The notes under the pieces are model-generated. The model searched no databases. It saw nothing but the letters and a program-made list of their open reading frames with translations, and was not told the DNA's origin. From a virus: 64,000 bases of DNA. Where the stretch lies: positions 1 to 64,000 of the IMG/VR virus record IMGVR_UViG_3300046758_000611; one strand, 5' to 3'. Below, in pieces: positions 17,553 through 28,800 of this stretch (its first letter is position 1; every line of letters begins with the position of its first letter). The position numbers were made by a program, and so were the translations under genes.

Positions 17553-20379
17553 TTGAATTTGGTCTTAGTATTGCACGAACTGTAGTTTCCCAATCACCAT
17601 TTTGAACTGCATGATCGATTGCAGTTATTTGCCATATTCCGTTCATGAACCAATGAGTTGGAATTCCTGTACAATTGAAAGCATCAAGCATTCTTAGACC
17701 TTCAATTCCATCGATAGTCAATGTCATTTCACATCCATCTATCGGTTGATTATATCCTTTTACTGCGTTTTCAGGAATCATATCACTTGTCATTGATTCT
17801 TTTACCCTAGCTGTATCTATATCAACGCATTGTATGTCGTATCCCGCAAGAGTTCCTTTCATTGGAATTATAAAATATTCCTTGTTAGTTTTTTCCGCCT
17901 CATCGTCTTCTTCAGTAGTTTCTTCTCTCACCACACCCGGAATTACTTTCACACCCTCTACTTCTTTTAAAATTCTATCGTTTTTACTTCGTTGATAAAA
18001 CGCAACCTGTGCGTCATCGTGTCTATCGTACACAACCATTGATTTTAATTCGGCAGGAACTTGTATGTCCAAATCAAGTCCACGAACTATACTATTTTTT
18101 TGATGTGCTCTGAAAATATATGCTTTATTATCTCGTTTTATCGTTTCAACAGTTTTATTTCCGTAAAACTTCATATCACGTATTGTTAGTTTAGTTTCAT
18201 TTGAAGTGTTTGAATCAAGTGGAACTACTCTAAAATCCCATATATCACAACACGCAGTTGATATTTTTTTCAGTATCGCATCTAACATTGTGATAATTGT
18301 TTTGTGATTTTTTACCGCATCTTTTATAACTGTGGTGTTTATATACAAATCCCTCAACCTTCCACTCATTCCCTTGGTACCAGGTAGAAAGTCTGGAAAT
18401 GGCTGCGATGGATATAAAACATTTTTATGTTTTTGAACAACTGTAATCACAGAGTGTAAGTTATCTCGCATATTCGTTGCAATACCCGTTTTACTTGTTG
18501 ATGCGTATATTTCATTTAATCTTAATTGTGCATTTGCCGTTTTTCCAAAAGTGTTATTTTTTGCGAGTGCATTTGCGGTCATTGTTCCGTAGAAAATTGT
18601 AGAAGTTGAACCATCAAACTTCTTACTTCTGTTTCTACGTGGTGCAACCGCATTTGGTATCAACAAAACATTTCCATCGGTTGATTTTATATTCGGATGT
18701 GCTATACAACGAGAATTTGCTATATCAAGACGATATAAATCTCCTTTTGTTTTAACTTTTCTTGAAAAGAAGTTGTTTATTATGACACTCAGCATATATA
18801 ATGATATAAATTTATCTTCGTTATCCCCGGCATGATAAACATTTCCTTTGTCTGCTTCACTCGGAGCATAAACATGACGATATGCTCTTAGTTTTTTTAA
18901 AAATTCTGAGGAATTAACCCCAAGATCATTGATTGATCTTGAATTTCCTCCGAAAGTACCAGTACCACTATCACCTTCCGCAAGATCAACAACTATATCA
19001 TCCAAGTCTTCTTCTATAAATTTTTTAAAATTTGAAAGTTTTGTAGGTTCTTCAGAATCTGCACTTTGTACTTTTTTATTTTGTGCTTTTGTTGCATCAT
19101 TGGTCATCATCTTAGCAACTTGAGCCATGCTAGTTAACTCTACACTACAATCATACCCACCGTCTTGTCTAAGTGAATAACTATAATTACTTATCATACC
19201 GATAGCAAAACTATAATTGCCTTTACCAGATTTCATTTTCTCATGGCATACGTGGCCATCATTAAATAAACCTACCAACCCAGTCGGTCTTGAAATTAGT
19301 TTACCCTCCGCATCAGCACCTGCACTTATATTTTGTTTACGACCTTCATTTTTTCTACGAGCATTCACAAGTTTTGCTTCACTTTCTGTTAAAGAACCTC
19401 CACGACCTTTTGCTAAAACATAGTTTGAAGAACCATCTGCAACATCAGGTGATCCTGTATACATTTTTCCAGGTCTTCCTACATTTTTTAAATCAATTAG
19501 TGCTTCTCTTGGAAAATGATTCCAGCCAAACTCTACAATAGCAGTTACACCAACCGTAAAAAAGTAAGGTTGAAGGTAATCTAATTGTGATCTACTCCAA
19601 CACACAAATTCAATTGTGGTTTTTCGTTCACCTGTTGCTATTCCAGAATATTCTACTTTTACATTCATTACACCAGGTGGTGGACGATGTTTAAAATCTG
19701 CTTCTTCAACTTGATGTGGATTACCCTGTGCATCAAATCCTAATACATTTTTATGTGTTTTACTTGGATCTTTAGAAAATCCATAGTTATCATCAAAACT
19801 TTCAACACCATGCATGATAAAACCTTCATGTATAGGCAATCCAATTTTATTATCCTGTGTTGTTGCATTTGATACAAATCGTGCCCATGCAGTTTTTGGT
19901 CCACGATAAATTGTATCTACATACTGATCATCAAGAAAACCTTGACTTCCTATTCCTAAATCTTTATCTCCAAATTCAGTTGAAGCATGAGTCCCACGAT
20001 CATTTGTACCTGTTCTTTCAGTTGGATAATGCATTCCATAATTTTTTTCTCTTCGCATTAACTCTCCACGTACATAATTTTGAATATGGGTAATATCTGA
20101 TCCAGTTGCACCGTCTTCCCAATCTGTGGATAATAAATCAATATCATCCTTTGCCAATAACATTGGTTCATAATTTAAAAGTTGAATTTCGGCATCCTTT
20201 GCGGTTGCGTATTGTGGTGCTATTTTACCAGATTCACTTTTTGCTTTTTCTTTTTCTTTTTCTTTATCACCAAACAACCCACCGAATGGTAATTTTGATT
20301 TATTTGATAATCCACCACCATGCGATCCAAGTAAATTACTTGCTAAATTTTTTGCACTACTTGAAATGGGTAAGTTCAT
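17542..20379 (-). CDS. Putative baseplate hub protein
   Basis: Follows TMP, tube initiator and LysM genes; C-terminal beta-rich MTLTIDGIEG...WQITAIDHAVQNGDWETTV resembles the end of gp27/VgrG-type hubs. Confidence 0.55.
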   Translation of the reverse strand: MNLPISSSAKNLASNLLGSHGGGLSNKSKLPFGGLFGDKEKEKEKAKSESGKIAPQYATAKDAEIQLLNYEPMLLAKDDIDLLSTDWEDGATGSDITHIQNYVRGELMRREKNYGMHYPTERTGTNDRGTHASTEFGDKDLGIGSQGFLDDQYVDTIYRGPKTAWARFVSNATTQDNKIGLPIHEGFIMHGVESFDDNYGFSKDPSKTHKNVLGFDAQGNPHQVEEADFKHRPPPGVMNVKVEYSGIATGERKTTIEFVCWSRSQLDYLQPYFFTVGVTAIVEFGWNHFPREALIDLKNVGRPGKMYTGSPDVADGSSNYVLAKGRGGSLTESEAKLVNARRKNEGRKQNISAGADAEGKLISRPTGLVGLFNDGHVCHEKMKSGKGNYSFAIGMISNYSYSLRQDGGYDCSVELTSMAQVAKMMTNDATKAQNKKVQSADSEEPTKLSNFKKFIEEDLDDIVVDLAEGDSGTGTFGGNSRSINDLGVNSSEFLKKLRAYRHVYAPSEADKGNVYHAGDNEDKFISLYMLSVIINNFFSRKVKTKGDLYRLDIANSRCIAHPNIKSTDGNVLLIPNAVAPRRNRSKKFDGSTSTIFYGTMTANALAKNNTFGKTANAQLRLNEIYASTSKTGIATNMRDNLHSVITVVQKHKNVLYPSQPFPDFLPGTKGMSGRLRDLYINTTVIKDAVKNHKTIITMLDAILKKISTACCDIWDFRVVPLDSNTSNETKLTIRDMKFYGNKTVETIKRDNKAYIFRAHQKNSIVRGLDLDIQVPAELKSMVVYDRHDDAQVAFYQRSKNDRILKEVEGVKVIPGVVREETTEEDDEAEKTNKEYFIIPMKGTLAGYDIQCVDIDTARVKESMTSDMIPENAVKGYNQPIDGCEMTLTIDGIEGLRMLDAFNCTGIPTHWFMNGIWQITAIDHAVQNGDWETTVRAILRPNSNEK

Positions 20380-20382
20380 TTA

Positions 20383-20673
20383 TTAATTGTTAATTTTATT
20401 ATGATCTAAGATAATTTCACCAAGTTCAGTTGGAATTCTTAATTGAGTTCCTGGATTAACAAACATTGTTCCTTTGATTCCGTTTGCATTTGCAATAACC
20501 CACCAGTATCTCGGATTTTTGTAGAACCTGTTTGCCAGATGATCGAGTCTTGTTTTCTCAACCATAACCACAAAAACATCCGATTCACGATTTCTAATTT
20601 TATTTAATAAAGTAGTTTCAAGAACTTCTTTATTATCCTCTCGGAATTTTGTTTTTACTTTTGCGTATCTCAT
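20383..20673 (-). CDS. LysM-domain baseplate protein (gp53/tail X-like)
   Basis: RLDHLANRFYKNPRYWWVIANANGI...PGTQLRIP. Confidence 0.85.
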   Translation of the reverse strand: MRYAKVKTKFREDNKEVLETTLLNKIRNRESDVFVVMVEKTRLDHLANRFYKNPRYWWVIANANGIKGTMFVNPGTQLRIPTELGEIILDHNKINN

Positions 20674-20681
20674 AATTTAAA

Positions 20682-22790
20682 TTATACACCAGGAATTGGT
20701 ATTGATATATCAGTATTACCATTACACTCTTCACAACTACTAAAATTTGTTAGTGAACCTGATTTTATACTAAAATCTGATACTTGTACATCATATTTAC
20801 CAGGTAGAAACCCTTTACCAAATAAGAATTCTTCAAATAGTTCCCTAACCATTATTTGGTCACTTGACACTGTTTTTGCTAATTGCATTGATTGTAAAAA
20901 CCGGTAACAACCATCCATTTTACCAAATGATGCCCCATCTTGCGTATAATCACCAATAGTAACAACCGAATCGGTGGGGATGCTCCACGCACTATCAGTT
21001 TTCATTATACCCACAATAGGACGGATGTTAGTGCCAGAGCCTGTACAATATTCCAACGCAACCCATTCGTCATTAGAATCATCTTTTGTTGGTGTTGGTG
21101 TTGGATCAACTGAAATATTAGTAGTTGCTGAGTCACTGTTTGGTGTGCTGATGTTTTGATTATTCTTGTTGTTTTGTCTTTGAATTGCTTCTTCTTCTCG
21201 GTCTTGTTCTTCAAACTCACGGAAATTTATCGTAGACATATCACTTGGTTCTTGAAAATCCTGTGTATCATATTCAGATTCTTCTTTGTAGTGTATTAAT
21301 TGCTCATTAAACGAACCATTTTTATCATAGGAAGTTCGTACATCTTTCGTAACATATACCGCAGTTCCATCCTCTTTGTTATGACCAAAGTGCCTTTGTT
21401 TTGTTTTTGGAGCATTTTTCTCTAATAATTGCATACTAACTGTGATTTCACAACTTTTTGGGTATCTCGCAGCTTTCCCCTTGCGAAATATATTATCATT
21501 CAAATATGTGTACTCAGACAAACGATCATCTTCGTTGTTTCCAAGTTCCCAATTAGATTCTGGTAGTGTTAATCCAACTGACTTTATTAAAACAGGTTGT
21601 TCTAAGTAAATATCACCTAAATTAAACTCAACAATCGGAGGTATAATGAATGAAGAATAAGTCTCACTTATCGGACCACTTTCACTTTCATTTGTGTAAC
21701 CTGCTGGACGTGTTAGTCCAACTAAATAATTAATTCGTTGCCACATAGGATGTAACTCTGCCAAACTAAATGATACACATTCAAAACTTAAATTTACATT
21801 CCGTGTAAATCCTTGATATACACCAACAACATCTGCACGACCTAGATATTGTGTTTCTATCCAAGTTGCATCGTGTTGATCGTCAAGTGATTTTAAATAA
21901 CTTCTAAATGGAATAAATTTTCTATTTACCAAATCGTGAAAATATAAAGGCATGAAATCCAAGTTAGCATATTTTTTTGGAAGTCTATTAAGATTTGTAT
22001 CATCACCCTCTGTTGAGTCAAGTACACTCAATGCATTATATTTATCTATACGTTCCTCATAGGTTGCATCGTATTTTGGTAATCTTTTGTTTACTGTGAT
22101 TTTGTTGATATTAGTTTCGTTATGATCAAATTTATCCTCATATCTAACTCGTTTACCTTCATCCACCAAATTTGTTATTTCATCTCTTGTTTTTGTATCT
22201 CCTGCTATGACTTTTTTACCCTCACGATTATTGGCATCCAAGTTTTCAAGTGCAGTATCATATTGAGATTGAAAGTTTTGAAAATTTTTATCACGAAGAC
22301 CTATATCAAATCCGTGCTTTTCGTCTTTAAATTTATTAAAATTCATTAATAATTCTTCGTCATCTCTTTTTCTTTTTTCGTAAATTTCTTCTGTTCGTTC
22401 GTTAATTTGCTTATTTATATCTGTATTTGTACTATCTGCCCCATGTAAAGGTCCTGATGTTTCGTATTCTGTTACTGGTTTATGAACATCACTAGCACGG
22501 TTTTGCTTGTGACCATCGTGATATAAGTTTTGTTTTAATATAGTTTCTAAATAACCATTTTTTGTTGAACCTCCACTTGGTTTCGCAAAAACGGTTGAAG
22601 GTCTTTTATCGGAAGAAGATTGTAGTGTATTATTTTTTCTTCTTTCAATTTCCGAAAATGCGTCTTTATCTTCTTTTGTTATATCTTTATCCATGTCTGA
22701 ATCAACCGGAACTCCTGGTAATGTACCAGGTACTGTAGGTGATACAGGAGTTTTATCACGATTTGCGAATGGATCATACGGAATTGCCAT
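20682..22790 (-). CDS. Putative tail tube initiator / baseplate protein with C-terminal Cys-containing domain
   Basis: Immediately after the TMP; tube-like core FRSYLKSLDD...W...YLGRAD...YQGFTRNVNLSF; Thr/Pro linker and Cys-containing C-terminus. Confidence 0.55.
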   Translation of the reverse strand: MAIPYDPFANRDKTPVSPTVPGTLPGVPVDSDMDKDITKEDKDAFSEIERRKNNTLQSSSDKRPSTVFAKPSGGSTKNGYLETILKQNLYHDGHKQNRASDVHKPVTEYETSGPLHGADSTNTDINKQINERTEEIYEKRKRDDEELLMNFNKFKDEKHGFDIGLRDKNFQNFQSQYDTALENLDANNREGKKVIAGDTKTRDEITNLVDEGKRVRYEDKFDHNETNINKITVNKRLPKYDATYEERIDKYNALSVLDSTEGDDTNLNRLPKKYANLDFMPLYFHDLVNRKFIPFRSYLKSLDDQHDATWIETQYLGRADVVGVYQGFTRNVNLSFECVSFSLAELHPMWQRINYLVGLTRPAGYTNESESGPISETYSSFIIPPIVEFNLGDIYLEQPVLIKSVGLTLPESNWELGNNEDDRLSEYTYLNDNIFRKGKAARYPKSCEITVSMQLLEKNAPKTKQRHFGHNKEDGTAVYVTKDVRTSYDKNGSFNEQLIHYKEESEYDTQDFQEPSDMSTINFREFEEQDREEEAIQRQNNKNNQNISTPNSDSATTNISVDPTPTPTKDDSNDEWVALEYCTGSGTNIRPIVGIMKTDSAWSIPTDSVVTIGDYTQDGASFGKMDGCYRFLQSMQLAKTVSSDQIMVRELFEEFLFGKGFLPGKYDVQVSDFSIKSGSLTNFSSCEECNGNTDISIPIPGV

Positions 22791-22819
22791 ATATTTAAAT
22801 ATATAAAAGTATATATTTT

Positions 22820-25800
22820 TTAATCAGGTTGTACTTTTGCTATTGCAGTACTTACTTTCTTTCCGTCTAGGTTTACAGCAATTCCTCCGGACTTCATTAA
22901 AGCAATTAACTCACTTAATTTTTTCTCAATTGCTCCATCTGCTACTTCACGTGTATCAACAACAGTAGACGGTGATGGTTCTGACATAATCGTAGATATA
23001 GAGGGTGGAATTGTGGTATCCACAGATTGAGCAAGTTGCTCTATTTGAATTCCTGTTTGTAGTTCTTCATTTCCTTCGTCTGTTTCTGCAACGGAAAAAG
23101 GATTAAATGCTTCTCCAGGTGCAACTTGTGGAGATATGCTCATCATACCCGGATCACCAAAATCTACATTCCCACTTTCATCTTGTTTCCAATCAAAAAC
23201 ATTTAATGGTTTTTCAGGAACTTGAATATTTTCATAAGACTGAAATTGTTCTTGTGCTTTTTCTTGTATCATTCTTTCCATGTAATTGTTTTCCATTTGG
23301 AACTTATTTACATCAAGATACGTTGATTCACCTCGTCTTCTGTTTTCTTCACTTGATTCAATTAGTGATTTGTTTGTACCAATGTAAGATTGTAAATCTT
23401 CGATACTTGCATCACTGTGTGATCTCTTAAACAATTCATATTTTTTATCAACTTCAGGTTTCTTGAAATCGCCTGTCAAATTTGCAAAACTTTCACCAAG
23501 GGAGGATGTGTTTGTAGTTTTCTCAATATCGTCTGTCAAGTTTGCAAAACTTTCACCGAGAGATGATGTGTTTGTAGTTGTAGTTGCAAATGACGATGAT
23601 TTTGTTGGCATAATATCAGGTGATCCGTCTCCAATTCCCATGCGAATCATGTCTGCTTCTGAATTTACATTTGGTGGTAAAAATCCTCCACCTTCAGACG
23701 AACCACCGATACCCGTTCCCATTTGCTTAAGTGCCTCGATTTTTTCAATATTCAAATTATTAATATTTTCACACAATGAATAAAGTTCTGCATTTATGTC
23801 TTTTAGTGTTTGTATAATTGGATCGTCTACATTAGCAAATGCACTTAAAGATTCTGTTAATTTTACTCCAAGAAGTTCAATGTTTGAAACTGCACTTGGA
23901 TCAATTCCTTTTGCAACTTCACTTAAATCTCGTAAACTTGTGGTTAAAGAGATTTCTTTTACATTCGCAATTTTTGATACACCTTCAACGAATCTAACCA
24001 ATGATGATCCTGCTGATCTAAAAAAGTTTCCTATATCTTTTCCTTCACCGTCATTTAAATAATCAGAAAATTGTTCAACCCCTTTACCCAAACTTGTTAA
24101 GGTATTTCCGAAATTTGATGATATACTGATACCTGATAATGAAACGAGAGCATTGGATAACAATGCCATTTGGTTTACAAATGTACCTGTCATTGTTTCC
24201 ATTTCATCATCGTTTAGATAATCTAAGAATTCTTCTATTCCATGACCAAGACTTTGAAGATTTTCTCCAAATTGCTCTGTTATCTGAATTCCGGATAATG
24301 ATTTTAGTGCAGTTGAAAGTGAAAGCATTTGACTTGAAAATTTCTGTGTCATCGTTTCCATTTCATTATCGTTTAGATAATCCAAGAATTCTTCTATTCC
24401 TTTTCCTAAATTTTCTATCGTTGCACCAAAGCCGTCTGATATGTTTAACCCAGACAACGATGATATTGCTTTTCCCAGTGACATCATCTGTGATGAAAAT
24501 TGATCAGTAACTACACTTAATTCATCATCATCTAAATAATCTATAAACTCTTCAAGGCCTTCACCAAAGTTTTCTAGTGTATCTCCGATATTTGATTTAA
24601 TATTTAGACTTGAAAATTTCGTAAGTGCAGAACCTAAGTTTGATAGGTTTTTACCCAAACTTGAACTTACTTTTGCAAGATCAGCATCGTCCATATAATC
24701 AATAAAGTCTTCAAGACCTTCACCGAAGTCTTCTAGTTTATCACCAATGTCAGATTGAATATTAAGTGTGCTAAATGTATTTAAAGCATTTCCAAGATCA
24801 CTTAAATTTGATGCCAATGCACCACTTACTTCTGCTAAATCGGCATCGGACATATAATCAATAAAGTCTTCAAGACCTTCACCGAAGTCTTCTAGTTTAT
24901 CACCAATGTCAGATTGAATATTAAGTGTGCTAAATGTATTTAATGCGTTACCAAGTGCAGATAAATTAGATGCTAAACTTCCACTTACTTCTGCTAAATC
25001 TGCATCATCCATGTAATCAATAAAGTCTTCAAGTCCTTCTCCAAAGTCTTCTAGCTTATCACCAATATCGGATTGAATGTTCAAGGTGCTAAAAGTTTTT
25101 AGTGCATTGCCAAGATCAGTCAAATTTTTTGACAAACTTGCACTTACTTCTGCTAAATCAGCATCATCCATATAATCAATAAAGTCTTCTAGTCCTTCAC
25201 CAAAATCCTCAAGTTTATCACCAATATCAGATTGTATATTCAGAGTACTAAAAGTTTTTAATGCGTTTCCAAGATCATTCAAATTTTTTGATAAACTTAC
25301 ACTTACTTCTGCTAGATCAGCATCGTCCATATAATCAATGAAGTCTTCAAGACCCTCACCGAAATCTTCAAGTTGATCTCCGAGATCACTGCTTATATTT
25401 AAATTTGCAAATCCACGCAAAGCATTACCAAGTGCAGATAAGTTTGCAGATAAACTTACACTTACCTCTGCTAAATCAGCATCGTCCATATAATCAATGA
25501 AGTCTTCAAGACCCTCACCGAAATCTTCAAGTTGATCTCCGAGATCACCACTTATATTTAAATTTGAAAATCCTCGCAAAGCATTGCCAAGTGCAGTTAA
25601 ATTTGTTGATAAACTAACACTAACTGTTGCCAAGTCAGCATCGTCCATATAATCAATGAAGTCTTCAAGGCCTTCTCCGAAGTCTTCAAGTATATTACCT
25701 AGTTCTGAATTTATATTTAATGTTGAGAATGTTGAAATTGCCGATCCTAATTTTTTTAGATTTACAGACAGACTATCACTTATTGTTGCTAAATCCGCAT

Positions 25801-28800
25801 CTGCCATATAATCAATAAAGTCTTCAAGACCTTCACCAAAATCTTCAAGGTGGTCACCCAAATCAGGATTAATTTGTACACTTGCAAATGAATTTAATGC
25901 CTTTCCGATTGCATCTAGATTAGCAGGTAATGTTTTGGACATTGTATCTAAATCTGCATCTACCATATAATCAACAAAATCTTCAAGACCTTCTCCCAAG
26001 TCTTCAAGTCCATCACCAAGATCATCACCTACATCAGCAGTTATATTCATATCAGCAAGTTTCTTCAAAGAATCAGTTAATATTTTAAGATGAGGTCCTG
26101 CTGATTGCATTGAGTCTTCTACATCGGTAACCGAATCAGCAACCATTTTAAGAGCAGACGTTCCCCGTTGAACCGAGGGTAATATTCTTCCAATTTGTGA
26201 AAATGATTCTCCAAGTGAAGTAATAGTCTCTACTTGCTCCATATTAATCATTGTAAGTGCCATCGCAAGACGTGCCATAGAATATGAAATTAAATCCAAT
26301 ACACCAAGAGTTTCATCTGAAATTGATGCAAATTCATTGAGTTGATCAACCATTTTCTTGAGTGGTGCTTGTGACATTTCTACACCTCCACCTCCTGCGG
26401 CTGCTTGAGGTTTTTCTTCATCATCATCTCCACCAAACATTCCTGTAAATCCAGAAAATAAACTACTCATAAATCCCTCAGGTTCTTTTGCAACTGGGGC
26501 ATTACCGAGTATAGATGACATCAACTCAGGTAATACCGTTGATAATTGTTGAATTGGTGCAATATCTACATTTGATATTTGACTCAATCCATTTGCAACT
26601 GCTTCTAGTCCTACACCTAACATAAATGCTTGATCAGCAAAAGCAAATAATTCCGTCAAAGGACCAAACATATCATCCATTGGCATTGCTTCTGCATCTT
26701 TCATGGGATTCAATGAATCTATAAATCCGGATGCAGTATTTTTCAATGAACCTAAAATAGATGCTTCTTCTTCACCAGAAAATGCTCTTCTTAAATTTCT
26801 AATTGACTCGGAAACTGCATCAAGTGCATCTGTATCTATTCTACTTAAAACAGTTGTACCTATCGCAAGTTTTTCAATACCCATGCCCAATCCTTCAAAA
26901 TCTTTAGCATAAGGAGCAAGTTTTAATATTTCGTCAAATGGACCTTTAGCAGCCTCCTCCGAAGCATCACGAAATGGATTTACTGCATTTACCATATCCG
27001 ATCCAAAATTTACAAAAGAACTAGCAAGTCCACCTACAGCCTGACCAACTTGAGCAAATGCTAAACTTGATAATGCACCGGATACTGCGTATATAGCAAT
27101 TGCGGCCGATCCAATTTGTCCTGCCATTTCACCAAGTTGTTTTAAATAACCAACCGTAGATTCCAGTCCTCCACTGAGAACCTCAAGTCCCAAACCAACA
27201 ACCATTACGGCCGCACCGAATGTAAGAAGAGAACCAGACATTAAAGTTAAACTAATTGCTCCTAATGCAATAAATGGTAATAATGGTCCCAATGCAGCCA
27301 CAGCAAGTGCTATTCCAAATAAATTTGCAATTGATTCACCTGTAATTTGATTTAACGCATCCGCAGTTAAACTTAATCCCAATCCAAACAAAGACATTCC
27401 CACTCCTGCTACTAACAAAGCAACGGAAAACGGAATCAATGCAGCCGTCATAACTCCAATTGCAACCGCACCAAGAACTATAAAAGGTAGCATCAGTCCA
27501 ACAAGAGATATTGCCATTCCAAGATTAACAAGAAGTTCCGGTGCATTTGCATCACTTAACATTTGAAATCCGAGACCAACCAACGCAACTCCTGCTCCAA
27601 ACGCAAGCATAGCAACTGCTAATGGTATTAATGCAACACCAAGAATCGCAAATGCACCTGCCGTCAATAATATAAAAGGAGTTAATGGTGCAATTAATGC
27701 CATAGCACCAGCAAACAACATAAGACTTGCGGCTGCCTCTGGTAAATCTTTCATGGTATCCATTACCATGCTCATTCCATATCCAAATAATGCCACTCCT
27801 GCTCCTGCTAATGCTATTCCAATTCCAAACGGTATCAATGCAACACCAAATGCAGCCAATCCTAATCCTGCAACTGCAAGTGTAGGAGCAAGCATTGCCA
27901 TTGCACCAACAAAAATTCCAAAATTAAATGCGGCTGCGGGTAATTCAGATGAATGATCAATAAGTTGTTTTACACCAAATGCGAACAGTGTTAAACCCAT
28001 ACCGGCCGCAAGTAATCCAATCGAAAACGGAATTAATGCCAATCCAAGTATTCCAATTGAAACGGATGCTAATATTAATAAAGGAGACATAATTCCAATA
28101 AATGCAAATGCAGAACCAAGTGCATATATCATTCCAATATCACCCATAGACATTGATTGTATTGTTTCTATTACTTTACCAAATGCCGAGGCAATAATAT
28201 TAACTGCCGTTGCAAATGCCATGGCTGCTAATCCAAATACAAGCATAGCACCACCAACTGCAGCCAATGCACCAGCACCTGCTAAAATAACCGGAGAAAG
28301 TTTACCAAGCAATCCAGCAACAACTGCCAAAGCAGTAATCGCACCAATTCCAAGTAACACCGCAGAAAATGGAACATTTGCGAACATTTGAAAAGCAAAT
28401 GCGGCCGGGATAAGTGAAGCACCTAAAATCGCAACTGCGGCCGCACCTTTTATCATATCGTCACTTCCTTTGCTAAGTAATTTAGAAACTAGCACCAAAG
28501 CACCTATTGCAAATAAACCTTTTATAACACCTTCCCATGTTACTTCACCGAATTCCTGAAATGCTTTTGCTGAAATAAATAATGCACCGGCTAATATTGC
28601 TAATGCTCCGGCTGCTTTTAGTAAACCAGTTGTATCTATTTTCGCAAATTTATCAGCAAATCCAGGTCCTTTATTTGCGGCTGCGGATGGTTTTGGTGTT
28701 GCGGATTTAATTGGACTACCTCTTCCAAACGCCCCCACTCCACTTGGTGGTGGAATCGGTGGAGCACCGGAAGTAGTTCCACCTGCTGAAAATGCTGTTT

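Noticed and set aside
24040-26100. Regularly spaced repeats resembling a CRISPR array or a DGR template/variable pair
   Set aside because: Repeats are in-frame 159-bp coding units with synonymous variation and no unique spacers; no cas or reverse transcriptase gene is present.
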